Shown in pieces: positions 18,567-27,812 of a DNA stretch of 64,000 nucleotides. Under the pieces are notes generated by a model that made no database searches, had not been told where the DNA came from, and saw nothing but the letters and a program-made list of their open reading frames with translations. The stretch's first letter is position 1. Each line of letters opens with the position of its first letter. Source of the stretch: an uncultured Opitutales bacterium. GTDB lineage: Bacteria > Verrucomicrobiota > Verrucomicrobiia > Opitutales > Intestinicryptomonadaceae. A program made the position numbers and the translations under genes. Location of the stretch: assembly GCA_900548275.1 (NCBI GenBank), contig URJY01000003.1, forward strand, positions 30,167-94,166. Reading direction: 5' to 3'.

Positions 18567-20284
18567 TACTTATTCTCCCCGAATAAATCGAGTTGGTCTT
18601 TGTCGTTTTTTTGTTTCTTGAAGGATTTTTTTGCGGGCGCGGGTTGCGGCGGAGTCGGTTCCGCAAAGGGGAGGTTTTTTATCTCCAAGGAATAGTCGTC
18701 GTGGTTCCATTCGCACTTTTTGAGTATCGCCTTGGGGATCTTCTTGATTGTAAGATTTCCGTATCTTTCCGCATTGCCGTCGAACGAGCCGCAGCAAATT
18801 AAAAGCGAATTCTTTTGCCCGACGTCATCATTTAACTTTGTGAGCATTTGCGCCGTTAGATGCTGGGTTGTGATGTAAATAAAGTCGGTTTCGGTTGATT
18901 TACCCTGCTTCCAATACGTGTCGGGCGAGGGATTGAAATCAAAGCCCTCTATTTTGCACAACGCGCGCACAAGCATGTGTTCGTCGAATTGCTTGTTGAT
19001 TACGGGGTTCCCCCATTCGTCGAACTTGATAAGACTTGGTGCCAAATTGTAGTAGCGGAAGCCGCCGCCGCCCTGCCAGTTCGCCGATTTAGTGATGCCG
19101 CCTTGGTCTTCGCCGTCGATAACCTTTTTCAGACGCGGCGCACAATGAGTATCGCAGTGGTCGCCCAATTCAATACCAATCCACCGCCGCCCCATCTTGT
19201 GCGCAACCGCCGCCGTAGTCCCCGACCCCAAAAACGAATCAAGCACAAGATCTCCAGGAACAGTTACTGCCGACAATAAAGTATTAATAAGTTTTTCTGG
19301 TTTTGGATAATCAAAGGCTTTTTCTGTTCCGAATAAGTCTATAGTTTCTTTATTTGAATCCTCATATGTCGACATATTAAAATGTGCAACCGTAAGTAAA
19401 TTTTTTATTTTTTTTGATTCTCCTCCACTCTTTATATGGTTTGGTCGGAATGGTATTTTACTTATAATTAGAGGCTCTTTGGCGTCTATAATCTCATTTA
19501 GCTTTCGCTGAGAATATCTCCATTCCCCTTCAAGCCTAAAATCATTCTCGTTCTTTTTATTCTTTATTACTAATTTATCGAGAAGCTTTGTTTTTATATT
19601 TCCTTCCGACATATCCTGGGGAAGGATTATCCCATCTTCTATATTCGTAAAACTTACAGAACCTGCTGGAAATTTTAATATCTGCAAAGAATTTCCCGCA
19701 TTATTTAATGGGTATTTTTTATCTTCTGTCGTCATCCCTCCAATAAAAGGAGGCGATTTTTGCCTGATTGGAGAATATGAAAGAATATACTCTGTTATAA
19801 TACCCATATTCGCATTTAGAAACGATGGTTTTTTCTTTTTTTCCCAAACAAATTGACCGCAAAAATTTTGCCTCCCAAAAATCTCATCTAACAATACCTT
19901 TAAGTAAGCTTGTTCTGTGTCATCTATTTGAACAAATAATATTCCATCTTCAGATAATAATCTTCTCAATATTTCCAAACGTTCTCTCATTAATGAGAGC
20001 CAAATAGAGTGTTCTAATCCATCGTCGTAGTGTTCAAAAGCATTGCCAGTGTTGTAGGGAGGATCAATATAAATACACTTAACTTTGCCTGCATATTCCT
20101 GTTCGAGAGCTTTTAGTGCAAGAAGATTGTCGCCATGAATAAGCATGTTATCGAAAATATCGTCATTCGACACTCTTTTTGCGGCATGATAACTCTTTGC
20201 GGGATCCTCAATAAGAATCCGAGGCTCCAACCGCGCCCGCTTCTCCTTCCCCACCCAAACCAACTCTAACTTCTGCTTGTTCAT
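18566..20284 (-). CDS. mod: Type III R-M Mod subunit (N6-adenine DNA methyltransferase)
   Basis: 572 aa; DPPY motif ([10 protein letters not shown]); AdoMet-binding region near C-terminus ([12 protein letters not shown]). The 5' half of the gene is conspicuously AT-rich relative to the 3' half (see finding 'Island is compositionally mosaic'). Confidence 0.85.
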   Translation of the reverse strand: MNKQKLELVWVGKEKRARLEPRILIEDPAKSYHAAKRVSNDDIFDNMLIHGDNLLALKALEQEYAGKVKCIYIDPPYNTGNAFEHYDDGLEHSIWLSLMRERLEILRRLLSEDGILFVQIDDTEQAYLKVLLDEIFGRQNFCGQFVWEKKKKPSFLNANMGIITEYILSYSPIRQKSPPFIGGMTTEDKKYPLNNAGNSLQILKFPAGSVSFTNIEDGIILPQDMSEGNIKTKLLDKLVIKNKKNENDFRLEGEWRYSQRKLNEIIDAKEPLIISKIPFRPNHIKSGGESKKIKNLLTVAHFNMSTYEDSNKETIDLFGTEKAFDYPKPEKLINTLLSAVTVPGDLVLDSFLGSGTTAAVAHKMGRRWIGIELGDHCDTHCAPRLKKVIDGEDQGGITKSANWQGGGGFRYYNLAPSLIKFDEWGNPVINKQFDEHMLVRALCKIEGFDFNPSPDTYWKQGKSTETDFIYITTQHLTAQMLTKLNDDVGQKNSLLICCGSFDGNAERYGNLTIKKIPKAILKKCEWNHDDYSLEIKNLPFAEPTPPQPAPAKKSFKKQKNDKDQLDLFGENK

Positions 20285-20308
20285 TTTTTATAACAATCAC
20301 TATTTTGT

Positions 20309-21157
20309 TTAAGATTTAGCAGTAGTCAAGCGTCTTAAATTCGAATAATAAAGTAAATTTGATTTTATGAATTTTCCCAACCCATCCAAATCTCCATATA
20401 TTGTTTTAAGATTAATATTCATTTTTCGCAACATGCAAAATATGTCTCTATATAATTTTGATGGAATTAATATTTTTGTTAAGTCGATATCTTCGTATTC
20501 TTTTTTTGCCAATGTTTCCTCAATATCCAAAAATCTATTCGAAATTAAGAATGTTCCATTTTGCCGATCTATACGTTTATTTGCATAAAGAGGCTCGTTT
20601 ATCATAAAATATGATACATTTGTGCAAGTTTGAGAAAAAATATAATCGCTTACCGTTTCTGCATTGATATACATTTGCTCTATGCTATAATTTTTAAATT
20701 GTTTATTGCTTATGAGCTTGCCTAATAAAATCTCATTAAGCCTTGTATAATTTAATGCGAATATAGAAAATTGATTTTCTTGATTCTCTATAAAGCACGG
20801 ATTGAGGTTTTCTATGATAAACCCGAGGGCAACAAAAGGGCTTGTTGTAAAATCAATTAATCGTGTTGGTGCTCCATAATGTTGCATTATGGATAACCAT
20901 CCTAAACGGGACTTTGGTTTATCTCTTAATTCTCCGTAGACATTGAATTTTGACTTGAAATCAGTTATGGCGGTATCTTCTAAGTCATAATATGTTCTGT
21001 CGTCTAAGTGAAATGTATTTCGAATCAAGGAAGACTCCATTCTCCATTTGGAAGAAAGATGGCCACGGAATACATATGAATTAGAAAAAGAATTTAAGGC
21101 CTCGAATAAATCACTAATCGTAGCGATAGTTATGGTCTTTAGCATCTTATTCTCCAT
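20309..21157 (-). CDS. FRG-domain protein
   Basis: 282 aa; N-terminal SNSYVFRGH matches the FRG-domain signature. Very AT-rich gene. Confidence 0.7.
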   Translation of the reverse strand: MENKMLKTITIATISDLFEALNSFSNSYVFRGHLSSKWRMESSLIRNTFHLDDRTYYDLEDTAITDFKSKFNVYGELRDKPKSRLGWLSIMQHYGAPTRLIDFTTSPFVALGFIIENLNPCFIENQENQFSIFALNYTRLNEILLGKLISNKQFKNYSIEQMYINAETVSDYIFSQTCTNVSYFMINEPLYANKRIDRQNGTFLISNRFLDIEETLAKKEYEDIDLTKILIPSKLYRDIFCMLRKMNINLKTIYGDLDGLGKFIKSNLLYYSNLRRLTTAKS

Positions 21158-22004
21158 TCCAAATTTCCTTGTATACGCGAATCATGTCTTTGTAAACCTT
21201 TGACGGCTTAACATCTTCTTTGTCATATGTCAAAGTATACGGGTCGCCTTCAGTTGATATTGTAGATAAGTGAGAATTTTGTTTTGTTAATATTCGCGCT
21301 CTGGCAATATTTCCCGTTGCCACAGTGCTTCTTGAAATCGCTTCGACTGCTTCCTGATCCAAATTTGCCCCCTTAAAAACAGTAGAACCTTCATTCCCGT
21401 TAACAGCTTGTAGCATTTCGGCTGATGGTTTTTGGAATTTTTCATCAGCATCAAATGGATTAGGGCGTGAAAAAGTTGCACGAAGCTGTTTAATAGCATA
21501 GGATTCGCGCAATTTTGAAATAAATTCCTTTGGATCGTTTATTTTAGAAATAGAAAGAGATAACCCATTTTGAACTATAACTTTTGACTTTCCTAAAATC
21601 GCCTGTAAGCGTTCTGCTGTTTTTTCAGTTTTCCCTAATTTATGGTTAACTTCTATCGCAAATAGTTCGTATTTTTTAGAATAAACGACGATTGAATGCA
21701 ATCCAATGTCATACTTTATCTTGTAAAAATCTTGTTTGGAATTGTCAAATAATTCTAGGTCAGCCAAAGATACTTTCCCAAATGCGAAATAGCCTCCATC
21801 ATCACTAAATTCATTTATACTGCCAGCTTTCCATATGATGCTTTCTCGGTATTTTATTGAAGTTTGTTCGCTTATACTTTGTGCAAATATAGCTTGCGGA
21901 GTTTCTTCTATTCCTCTATGAAGAGGAAGTTCGAGTTGGATCGGATGCGTAATTTTTGCCCTAAATAGGTTATATTTGTTTTTTGTTTTCATACAATTCT
22001 CCAT
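21147..22004 (-). CDS. Hypothetical protein (no recognisable motif), co-operonic with the SNF2 helicase and FRG genes
   Basis: 285-aa ORF. Overlaps both neighbours by a few codons, consistent with translational coupling. Confidence 0.5.
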   Translation of the reverse strand: MENCMKTKNKYNLFRAKITHPIQLELPLHRGIEETPQAIFAQSISEQTSIKYRESIIWKAGSINEFSDDGGYFAFGKVSLADLELFDNSKQDFYKIKYDIGLHSIVVYSKKYELFAIEVNHKLGKTEKTAERLQAILGKSKVIVQNGLSLSISKINDPKEFISKLRESYAIKQLRATFSRPNPFDADEKFQKPSAEMLQAVNGNEGSTVFKGANLDQEAVEAISRSTVATGNIARARILTKQNSHLSTISTEGDPYTLTYDKEDVKPSKVYKDMIRVYKEIWNGE

Positions 22005-24886
22005 TCTATTGCAAATATTATTTGCGATGTTATCTTATTAGTCAATGATTTTTCGGCGGCGGCGATTAGTTTGTCGCGTTCGTCGTCTATGGCGTCTTGG
22101 GCGGCGAAAAGTTTGCGCCGTAGGTTCATTCTTTCCGTTTCGGCGGCTCTCAAATTACGTTGGTTTGCTATCTTCTCGTCGAGCGTATGGAGGTTGCGAG
22201 TATTCTTCTTTAAGTCGCGAATTTGTTTGTCGATTTCCTTGATTTTCAAGTCGAGGGACGTTTTGCGGTCTTCGCTCCAACGCTCGAGTTTCTCGACTTC
22301 GGCATCGAACTGTTTAGCGGTTTTCTCGGTGTTGTCGGCGATAATTGCCGCTTTTTGGCTTTCAAAGAAAGGTTCAAGAGGTGTCGAATCAAACGCGTCG
22401 GGGAGATCGTATGTTCGGGCGTTGAGGTTGAAAAATCTGCGGGCGGTATCGGGATCTATTTGGTTGCCGAGGTCGTCAACACAGGTGAAGACAAGGTGTT
22501 CTTCGGGCTCGGTTGTGCCGATTGTGATTTTTGAGAGCATCAGTTTGCCCGACTTTTTCGGCAGCTGTTCGATAACCGAAATTTTACCGATTGTGTTTTC
22601 GTAATCGAAGAGAACGCCGCGGTATGGAAGATCGCGGTTGGCGGCGCGGGCGATGAGCTTTTGGGCTATCGGGTGCGTGATGCCGTAGGGCTGGCAATAT
22701 TCGCCGTTCCATTTTATGGCGTAGAGTTTTTTATCCACAAAGTCGGGCGCGGTCTCGTTAAGCATTTGGAACGTGAGATTTTCTTCGTCGAAAAACACGC
22801 CCTGACTTGAAAGCTCGTATTTTGTAAGCGCCCAAAGAATTGCCTGCAATTTGTCGATGGTTGCGTGCGAAGCCTCGTGGAAAACGTTGAGGCGTTCGGC
22901 AACTTCGGCGTCGAAATTTTCAAGCAGTTTGCGCCGCGCCTTGCGGATATTTTCGGCAATCTCCAAAGAAAAGCGCGTTTGAATGAAGTCGAACTCCATT
23001 TGGATCTGCGCGGACGTTCGGCATTTTTGATAGATTTCTGCAATTTTGCGCTCGAAGTCTAATCCGTTGCCGAGCGCGCCGAGAATTTCGTCGCTCGCGC
23101 CGAACACGCCCTCGAAGAGATGGAGCTTTTCGTTGAGAATCTCGTAGACGCGTTGGTCGGCTTCGTTATTGAGGTTGAGGAAATTCACGACAACGACATC
23201 GTATTTTTGTCCGTATCGATGGCAACGTCCGATTCTCTGTTCAATACGCTGCGGGTTCCAAGGAAGGTCGTAATTGACCACGAGCGAGCAAAATTGCAGG
23301 TTGATACCTTCTGCCGCGGCCTCCGTTGCAATCATAATCTGCGCGTTGTCGCGGAAGTGCTCGACAAGAGCCGTGCGCATGTCGGCGGATTTTGACGCGG
23401 TAATGCGGTTCTGATTTTTCGCTTTCCACTCGTTGTAAATACGTTTCGACGTTTCGTCGGAATTTGTGCCGTTAAAGAGCATCAATTTGCCGTCGTAGCC
23501 GTTTTCGGAAAGAATTTGCCAGATGTAGTCTTGCGTTCGGCGCGACTCCGTAAAGATTACCGCCTTGCGCGCCCCGCCGAGATTTTCCGCCATAGCAAAA
23601 CCACTTTTGAGCGCGGCAAGCAGAGCCTCGCCTTTCGCATTTTGACGGATACTTTGCGCGAGCGAAAGATAATTTTTAAGATCCGCAATTTCGCTCTTTA
23701 TCGCGTTGATTTCGAATTCCGACAACGGTTCGTCGGGTTGGTCGGGAGAGGGGAGATCTCCGTCGAAAGATTCGTCGTCTTCATCGTCGTCGAACTCGTC
23801 GGAGGCGGAGTATTCGTCCGCCGTTTCGAAATCCTGCGACACATCGAGTTTAGCCTGTTCGGTGCCGTCTTTGAGCATAAGTTCAAGGCGGGTAATAAGA
23901 GTTTCAAGTGTTCCCGCAATAGCAAAGGACGACGAGGCAAGCAGTTTGCGCAAAATCATTGTCATCAGTTTGCGTTGCCCGTTTGGCAGGGCTTTAAGGG
24001 CGTCGCGCCGCAAGTATTCGGAAATTTGTTCGTAGAGCTTTTCTTCGGCTTTTGTCGAATAAAACTCCTGTGTGAAAACGTGCCGCTTTGTGTATTTTAT
24101 ATACTTCAAAACCTGCTTGCGAAGAGTACGTTTACACAAGTGCGAAAGGCGTTCGCGGAGGTCGGCAAGTGTGGTGTCTGTCGGATTGTTTACAAAGAGT
24201 TCGCGAAAACTTTTCTCGTCGCCGAAAACGTGCGGATCGATAATTCCGACAAGCCCGTAAAGTTCCATCAGATTGTTTTGTAAAGGCGTTGCCGTAAGCA
24301 AAATTTTCGGCGCACTTTGAAGCGAATTTTTTATCGAAGTCCCCATTTTGTTTCCGCTTTTATAGACGTTGCGCAAGCGGTGGGCTTCGTCTATTACCGC
24401 TAAATCCCACGGTGTTTGTTTCAAGTAAGCCTCCTTGTTGCGGGCGAACGCGTAGGACGTGATTACGATTTCATCGCAATTGAAGGGGTTTAGTTTTCCG
24501 TTTTTTATCGCTTCGTTGAACGACTTGTTTTCGAGGATTTTTGCCGAAAGGGAGAATTTTTCTTCCAGTTCAATCTGCCATTGCTTGCGCAAATTTGCCG
24601 GAACGATAACCAGAATCCTCCGTTTTTTCTCTGCCCAACGCTGTGCGATTAAAATTCCGGCTTCGATGGTTTTACCAAGACCTACCTCGTCCGCAATAAG
24701 CGCACCGCGCGAGAGCGGCGAACTGAACGCAAAAACGGCGGCATCGACTTGATGCGGATTCAAGTCGACGCGTGTATTCATAAGCGCGGCGGCAAGGCGT
24801 TCGACCGTTCCTAGCGGGGCGCGAAGGGAAAGTTCATTTGCGAATAGTTGGGCGTGATAGTCTGTAATCATTTCAAAATCTGCCAA
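21989..24886 (-). CDS. SNF2/SWI2-family helicase with about 350-aa C-terminal extension
   Basis: 965 aa; DEVGLGKT (motif I), DEAHRLRN (motif II), LLTATPLQN (motif III), helicase-C region with QRIGRCHRYGQ (motif VI). Confidence 0.85.
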   Translation of the reverse strand: MADFEMITDYHAQLFANELSLRAPLGTVERLAAALMNTRVDLNPHQVDAAVFAFSSPLSRGALIADEVGLGKTIEAGILIAQRWAEKKRRILVIVPANLRKQWQIELEEKFSLSAKILENKSFNEAIKNGKLNPFNCDEIVITSYAFARNKEAYLKQTPWDLAVIDEAHRLRNVYKSGNKMGTSIKNSLQSAPKILLTATPLQNNLMELYGLVGIIDPHVFGDEKSFRELFVNNPTDTTLADLRERLSHLCKRTLRKQVLKYIKYTKRHVFTQEFYSTKAEEKLYEQISEYLRRDALKALPNGQRKLMTMILRKLLASSSFAIAGTLETLITRLELMLKDGTEQAKLDVSQDFETADEYSASDEFDDDEDDESFDGDLPSPDQPDEPLSEFEINAIKSEIADLKNYLSLAQSIRQNAKGEALLAALKSGFAMAENLGGARKAVIFTESRRTQDYIWQILSENGYDGKLMLFNGTNSDETSKRIYNEWKAKNQNRITASKSADMRTALVEHFRDNAQIMIATEAAAEGINLQFCSLVVNYDLPWNPQRIEQRIGRCHRYGQKYDVVVVNFLNLNNEADQRVYEILNEKLHLFEGVFGASDEILGALGNGLDFERKIAEIYQKCRTSAQIQMEFDFIQTRFSLEIAENIRKARRKLLENFDAEVAERLNVFHEASHATIDKLQAILWALTKYELSSQGVFFDEENLTFQMLNETAPDFVDKKLYAIKWNGEYCQPYGITHPIAQKLIARAANRDLPYRGVLFDYENTIGKISVIEQLPKKSGKLMLSKITIGTTEPEEHLVFTCVDDLGNQIDPDTARRFFNLNARTYDLPDAFDSTPLEPFFESQKAAIIADNTEKTAKQFDAEVEKLERWSEDRKTSLDLKIKEIDKQIRDLKKNTRNLHTLDEKIANQRNLRAAETERMNLRRKLFAAQDAIDDERDKLIAAAEKSLTNKITSQIIFAIEWRIV

Positions 24887-25086
24887 TCTACACTACTACA
24901 AAGACGGAAATGGGCAAGTTTTTGTTATTATCGTGTAAAAATTTACGCATATGCTGCTTTGCCCAGTTGAACTAAATGTAATCTCCACGCGCCTGATTTC
25001 TTAAATTACAAGTAAAATTCGCGCGAACCTTACCCTGTTTGGGTAAATTTTTACTCCATAAGACATAGCTTTGTAAGCTATTTTTT

Positions 25087-25617
25087 ATGAGTAAAGAATA
25101 TTACACATTAAGTGAACTAATCGACAATAACGGCGGGCTTTTGAATGACGAAAGTCTGCATTTTATAGCCAGGCACGGGTTGCTTTGCGAATTGCTACTT
25201 TGCAACAATCGGCTTGGGGAGGAGGCGTTCTTGGCGTTGCCTGCGATGGGATATGCGCCAAACAGCAACGAGCTTGCGTGTTATCTGTATATGCGCGACG
25301 ACCTTGATTGCAAGATGATGTCGGCACTCAACCTCTCCGATACGGTAATGTTGGAGTTGCTGTGTCTTGACCTATCGCTTTTGCCTGCGGTAAGGGCGAA
25401 GGGGCTATTTTGGCGTCTTGACGAAGGGCAATTTGCAAGAATTTTCATTAACGCGTATCTCGCACCTGAAAACACTGAACTTGTTACCGAACTACAAAAG
25501 CGCGGATGGGCTTTTATGGACGCCGTAATTTTGGACTGTCCAGAAATAATCCCGACTCTCGAACGAATGGGGGCAGATTTGGGGCAGTCGCGCTATGCCG
25601 CGTATCTTTCAAAGTAA
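25087..25617 (+). CDS. Hypothetical protein
   Basis: 176-aa ORF starting the plus-strand mobilization-side block; no motif recognised. Confidence 0.4.
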   Translation: MSKEYYTLSELIDNNGGLLNDESLHFIARHGLLCELLLCNNRLGEEAFLALPAMGYAPNSNELACYLYMRDDLDCKMMSALNLSDTVMLELLCLDLSLLPAVRAKGLFWRLDEGQFARIFINAYLAPENTELVTELQKRGWAFMDAVILDCPEIIPTLERMGADLGQSRYAAYLSK

Positions 25618-25645
25618 ATTTTGTGAGTAGGAAACATTTTACGTT

Positions 25646-27115
25646 ATGAAAAATAAGATAGTTTCTTCAATCAAAACGAGCGCGGGAGAGTTACAACTTT
25701 CCGAAGATACGCTCTGCAAGTACACGATATTTATAGGCAGCACGGGCAGCGGGAAAACAACTTCGCTAAACGTGCTTTTGCGCGATATCATCGGGTATAA
25801 TGCGGAAGACGAAACGCAGAAAGTCGGATTGCTCATCTTCGATTTAAAAGGCGACAACACGCTTTTCAAAATCCGAAAATGGGCGGAAGAATGTGGACGC
25901 GGGGAAGACGTAATAGATTATTGCGCCGACTCTAAGTTCTACTTCGACCCGCTCGGAGGCTTGGACAGCTTCCGCAAAATTCCTGAATACGTCGAACGAC
26001 TTTACAACATCTTTCCATTCCAGAGTAGCGAAGTTTATTGGGAACAGTCCCTAAGAAAGCGGTTCAAGACAGTGCTGACTTACTGCTTATTCCGACATGA
26101 AAAGACAAGGTTTAAACTCTTCTTGGAAGAACTGCGAGAGTTTACAACGGCGGATTCGTCAAACAGTAATTGGCGCGACGTGATGGACTCTGTTGAGATG
26201 GTTTTACGTGCACTTGAAAAGAAGTCGAAAGGCGCAGCAACCGAATCATATGAAATTTTGCGCGAACTTTTAGAGAACACGCGGGCGGGCGTTAACGAAT
26301 GGCAACGTCTCGACCCTCGAACCAAGAGCAATGAGTTAAGCACGATGTCGAACTTGATTTCATGTTTCGGTAACCCGATTACAAACGGGCATATTTTCGA
26401 GGGGAAGAGCAAGACGCGCTTGGACATCGGAGAACTTGTGTGTTCGGGAAAGATTGTCGTGGCTTCGTTCGACGGAATTGCAAACAGGCAGTCGGCGTCG
26501 GCAATTTGTAAACTTTTAAAGAGCGATGTCTACGGACACATTCAGGCGCGGCAAAATCCAAGCCGGCTTGTTGGTATTGTTATGGACGAATTTCCGCTTG
26601 TGGCAACCGACGGAGAAAACATCTCGGGCGACGGCTTCAATATGCAGACAATCCGTTCGAAACGCGGCTTTGTGATTGCCGCAACGCAGGGACTTGTCGG
26701 GCTTGATTTATCAATAGGCGAACAAGCTCGCCGCAGGCTTATGACGAATTTCAACAACGTTTTCGTCTTCAAAAGCAACGAACGCGAAGTGCTCGAATTG
26801 GTTGATGACTTGAACTTCTGTGAGCCGCCGCGGAGAAATATTGGGTTCGGGAACGATTCTCAATCTTGCGAAAAACGCGAGGCAATAACGCTTGCTAACG
26901 CTCCCGCGGGCTATGCCGCGATAAAGCTTGCCGACGGCTTTCAGTCGAACGGTCTTGTTGAAATCGAACGTCTCTTTGTTGATACGCCGCCGATATCCGC
27001 GAATAAGCTTGAATCGGAAATTGATAAATGCGCAAAAGTTCTCCGCACCTACTTAAAGACAATCGATTTTAACGCCTACCTTAACGGTAAATTTTTAGAC
27101 AAAGACACTTTATAA
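25646..27115 (+). CDS. P-loop ATPase of the FtsK/HerA/TraD-VirD4 superfamily (coupling-protein-like, no TM segments)
   Basis: 489 aa; Walker A IFIGSTGSGKTTS, Walker B IVMDEFPLV. Confidence 0.55.
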   Translation: MKNKIVSSIKTSAGELQLSEDTLCKYTIFIGSTGSGKTTSLNVLLRDIIGYNAEDETQKVGLLIFDLKGDNTLFKIRKWAEECGRGEDVIDYCADSKFYFDPLGGLDSFRKIPEYVERLYNIFPFQSSEVYWEQSLRKRFKTVLTYCLFRHEKTRFKLFLEELREFTTADSSNSNWRDVMDSVEMVLRALEKKSKGAATESYEILRELLENTRAGVNEWQRLDPRTKSNELSTMSNLISCFGNPITNGHIFEGKSKTRLDIGELVCSGKIVVASFDGIANRQSASAICKLLKSDVYGHIQARQNPSRLVGIVMDEFPLVATDGENISGDGFNMQTIRSKRGFVIAATQGLVGLDLSIGEQARRRLMTNFNNVFVFKSNEREVLELVDDLNFCEPPRRNIGFGNDSQSCEKREAITLANAPAGYAAIKLADGFQSNGLVEIERLFVDTPPISANKLESEIDKCAKVLRTYLKTIDFNAYLNGKFLDKDTL

Positions 27116-27293
27116 TCTATGAAATCTCATCATTCAAAATCATTTTCGCGATACCTGCGCGAAGTCAAAATCAGATACAAACGCGAGACGGCAAAGCGCA
27201 GTTTTGTTATAGCTTACGAACATTGCAACCTGCCGATTCTCCACACAGCAAGACTGCTCGCCAACAAACAACTCGCATACGAAAGGAATTAAT

Positions 27294-27725
27294 ATGGACG
27301 AAAAACTTTTTCACGCACACAAAGACACACACAACCCGAACAATCCGTATCCCGACTTTGTCCGCCAAGTGGCTAAACGTACAAAAGTACCGATTGAGCT
27401 TCTGACGCGCAAAAGATATTACGGGAAGTCCGCCAACGGCAAAGGCGACAACCACCATATCTTGGACAAATCGCTTTTCCCAAAGAAGGGCACGCCAACT
27501 ATCAGTGTCTCAAAAGAAAAACACTTCGAGCTTCAATGCCTACTCGCCCAAGCCACAACCCTACAAGGCTATATGGACTACGAACAAGCCGTGAAAACCG
27601 AGTGCCCCGAAATCCAAAACCCCATCGCCCAAATCTACTGGCAACGCATAGAATCCCTCCACACCCCGTGGCGGATTAGATTGACCTTATGGGTAAAAAA
27701 GGTTTTTGGAGATCGTATTCTGTAG
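27294..27725 (+). CDS. Hypothetical protein
   Basis: 143-aa ORF, no motif. Confidence 0.35.
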   Translation: MDEKLFHAHKDTHNPNNPYPDFVRQVAKRTKVPIELLTRKRYYGKSANGKGDNHHILDKSLFPKKGTPTISVSKEKHFELQCLLAQATTLQGYMDYEQAVKTECPEIQNPIAQIYWQRIESLHTPWRIRLTLWVKKVFGDRIL

Positions 27726-27812
27726 ACAGCCTGAAGTATCTCAACCGTTGGCAGAAATCTGCCCAACGGTTGCATGTATATAAGTAAACGTTTTGTTTTA
27801 TCTCGTGTTGCA

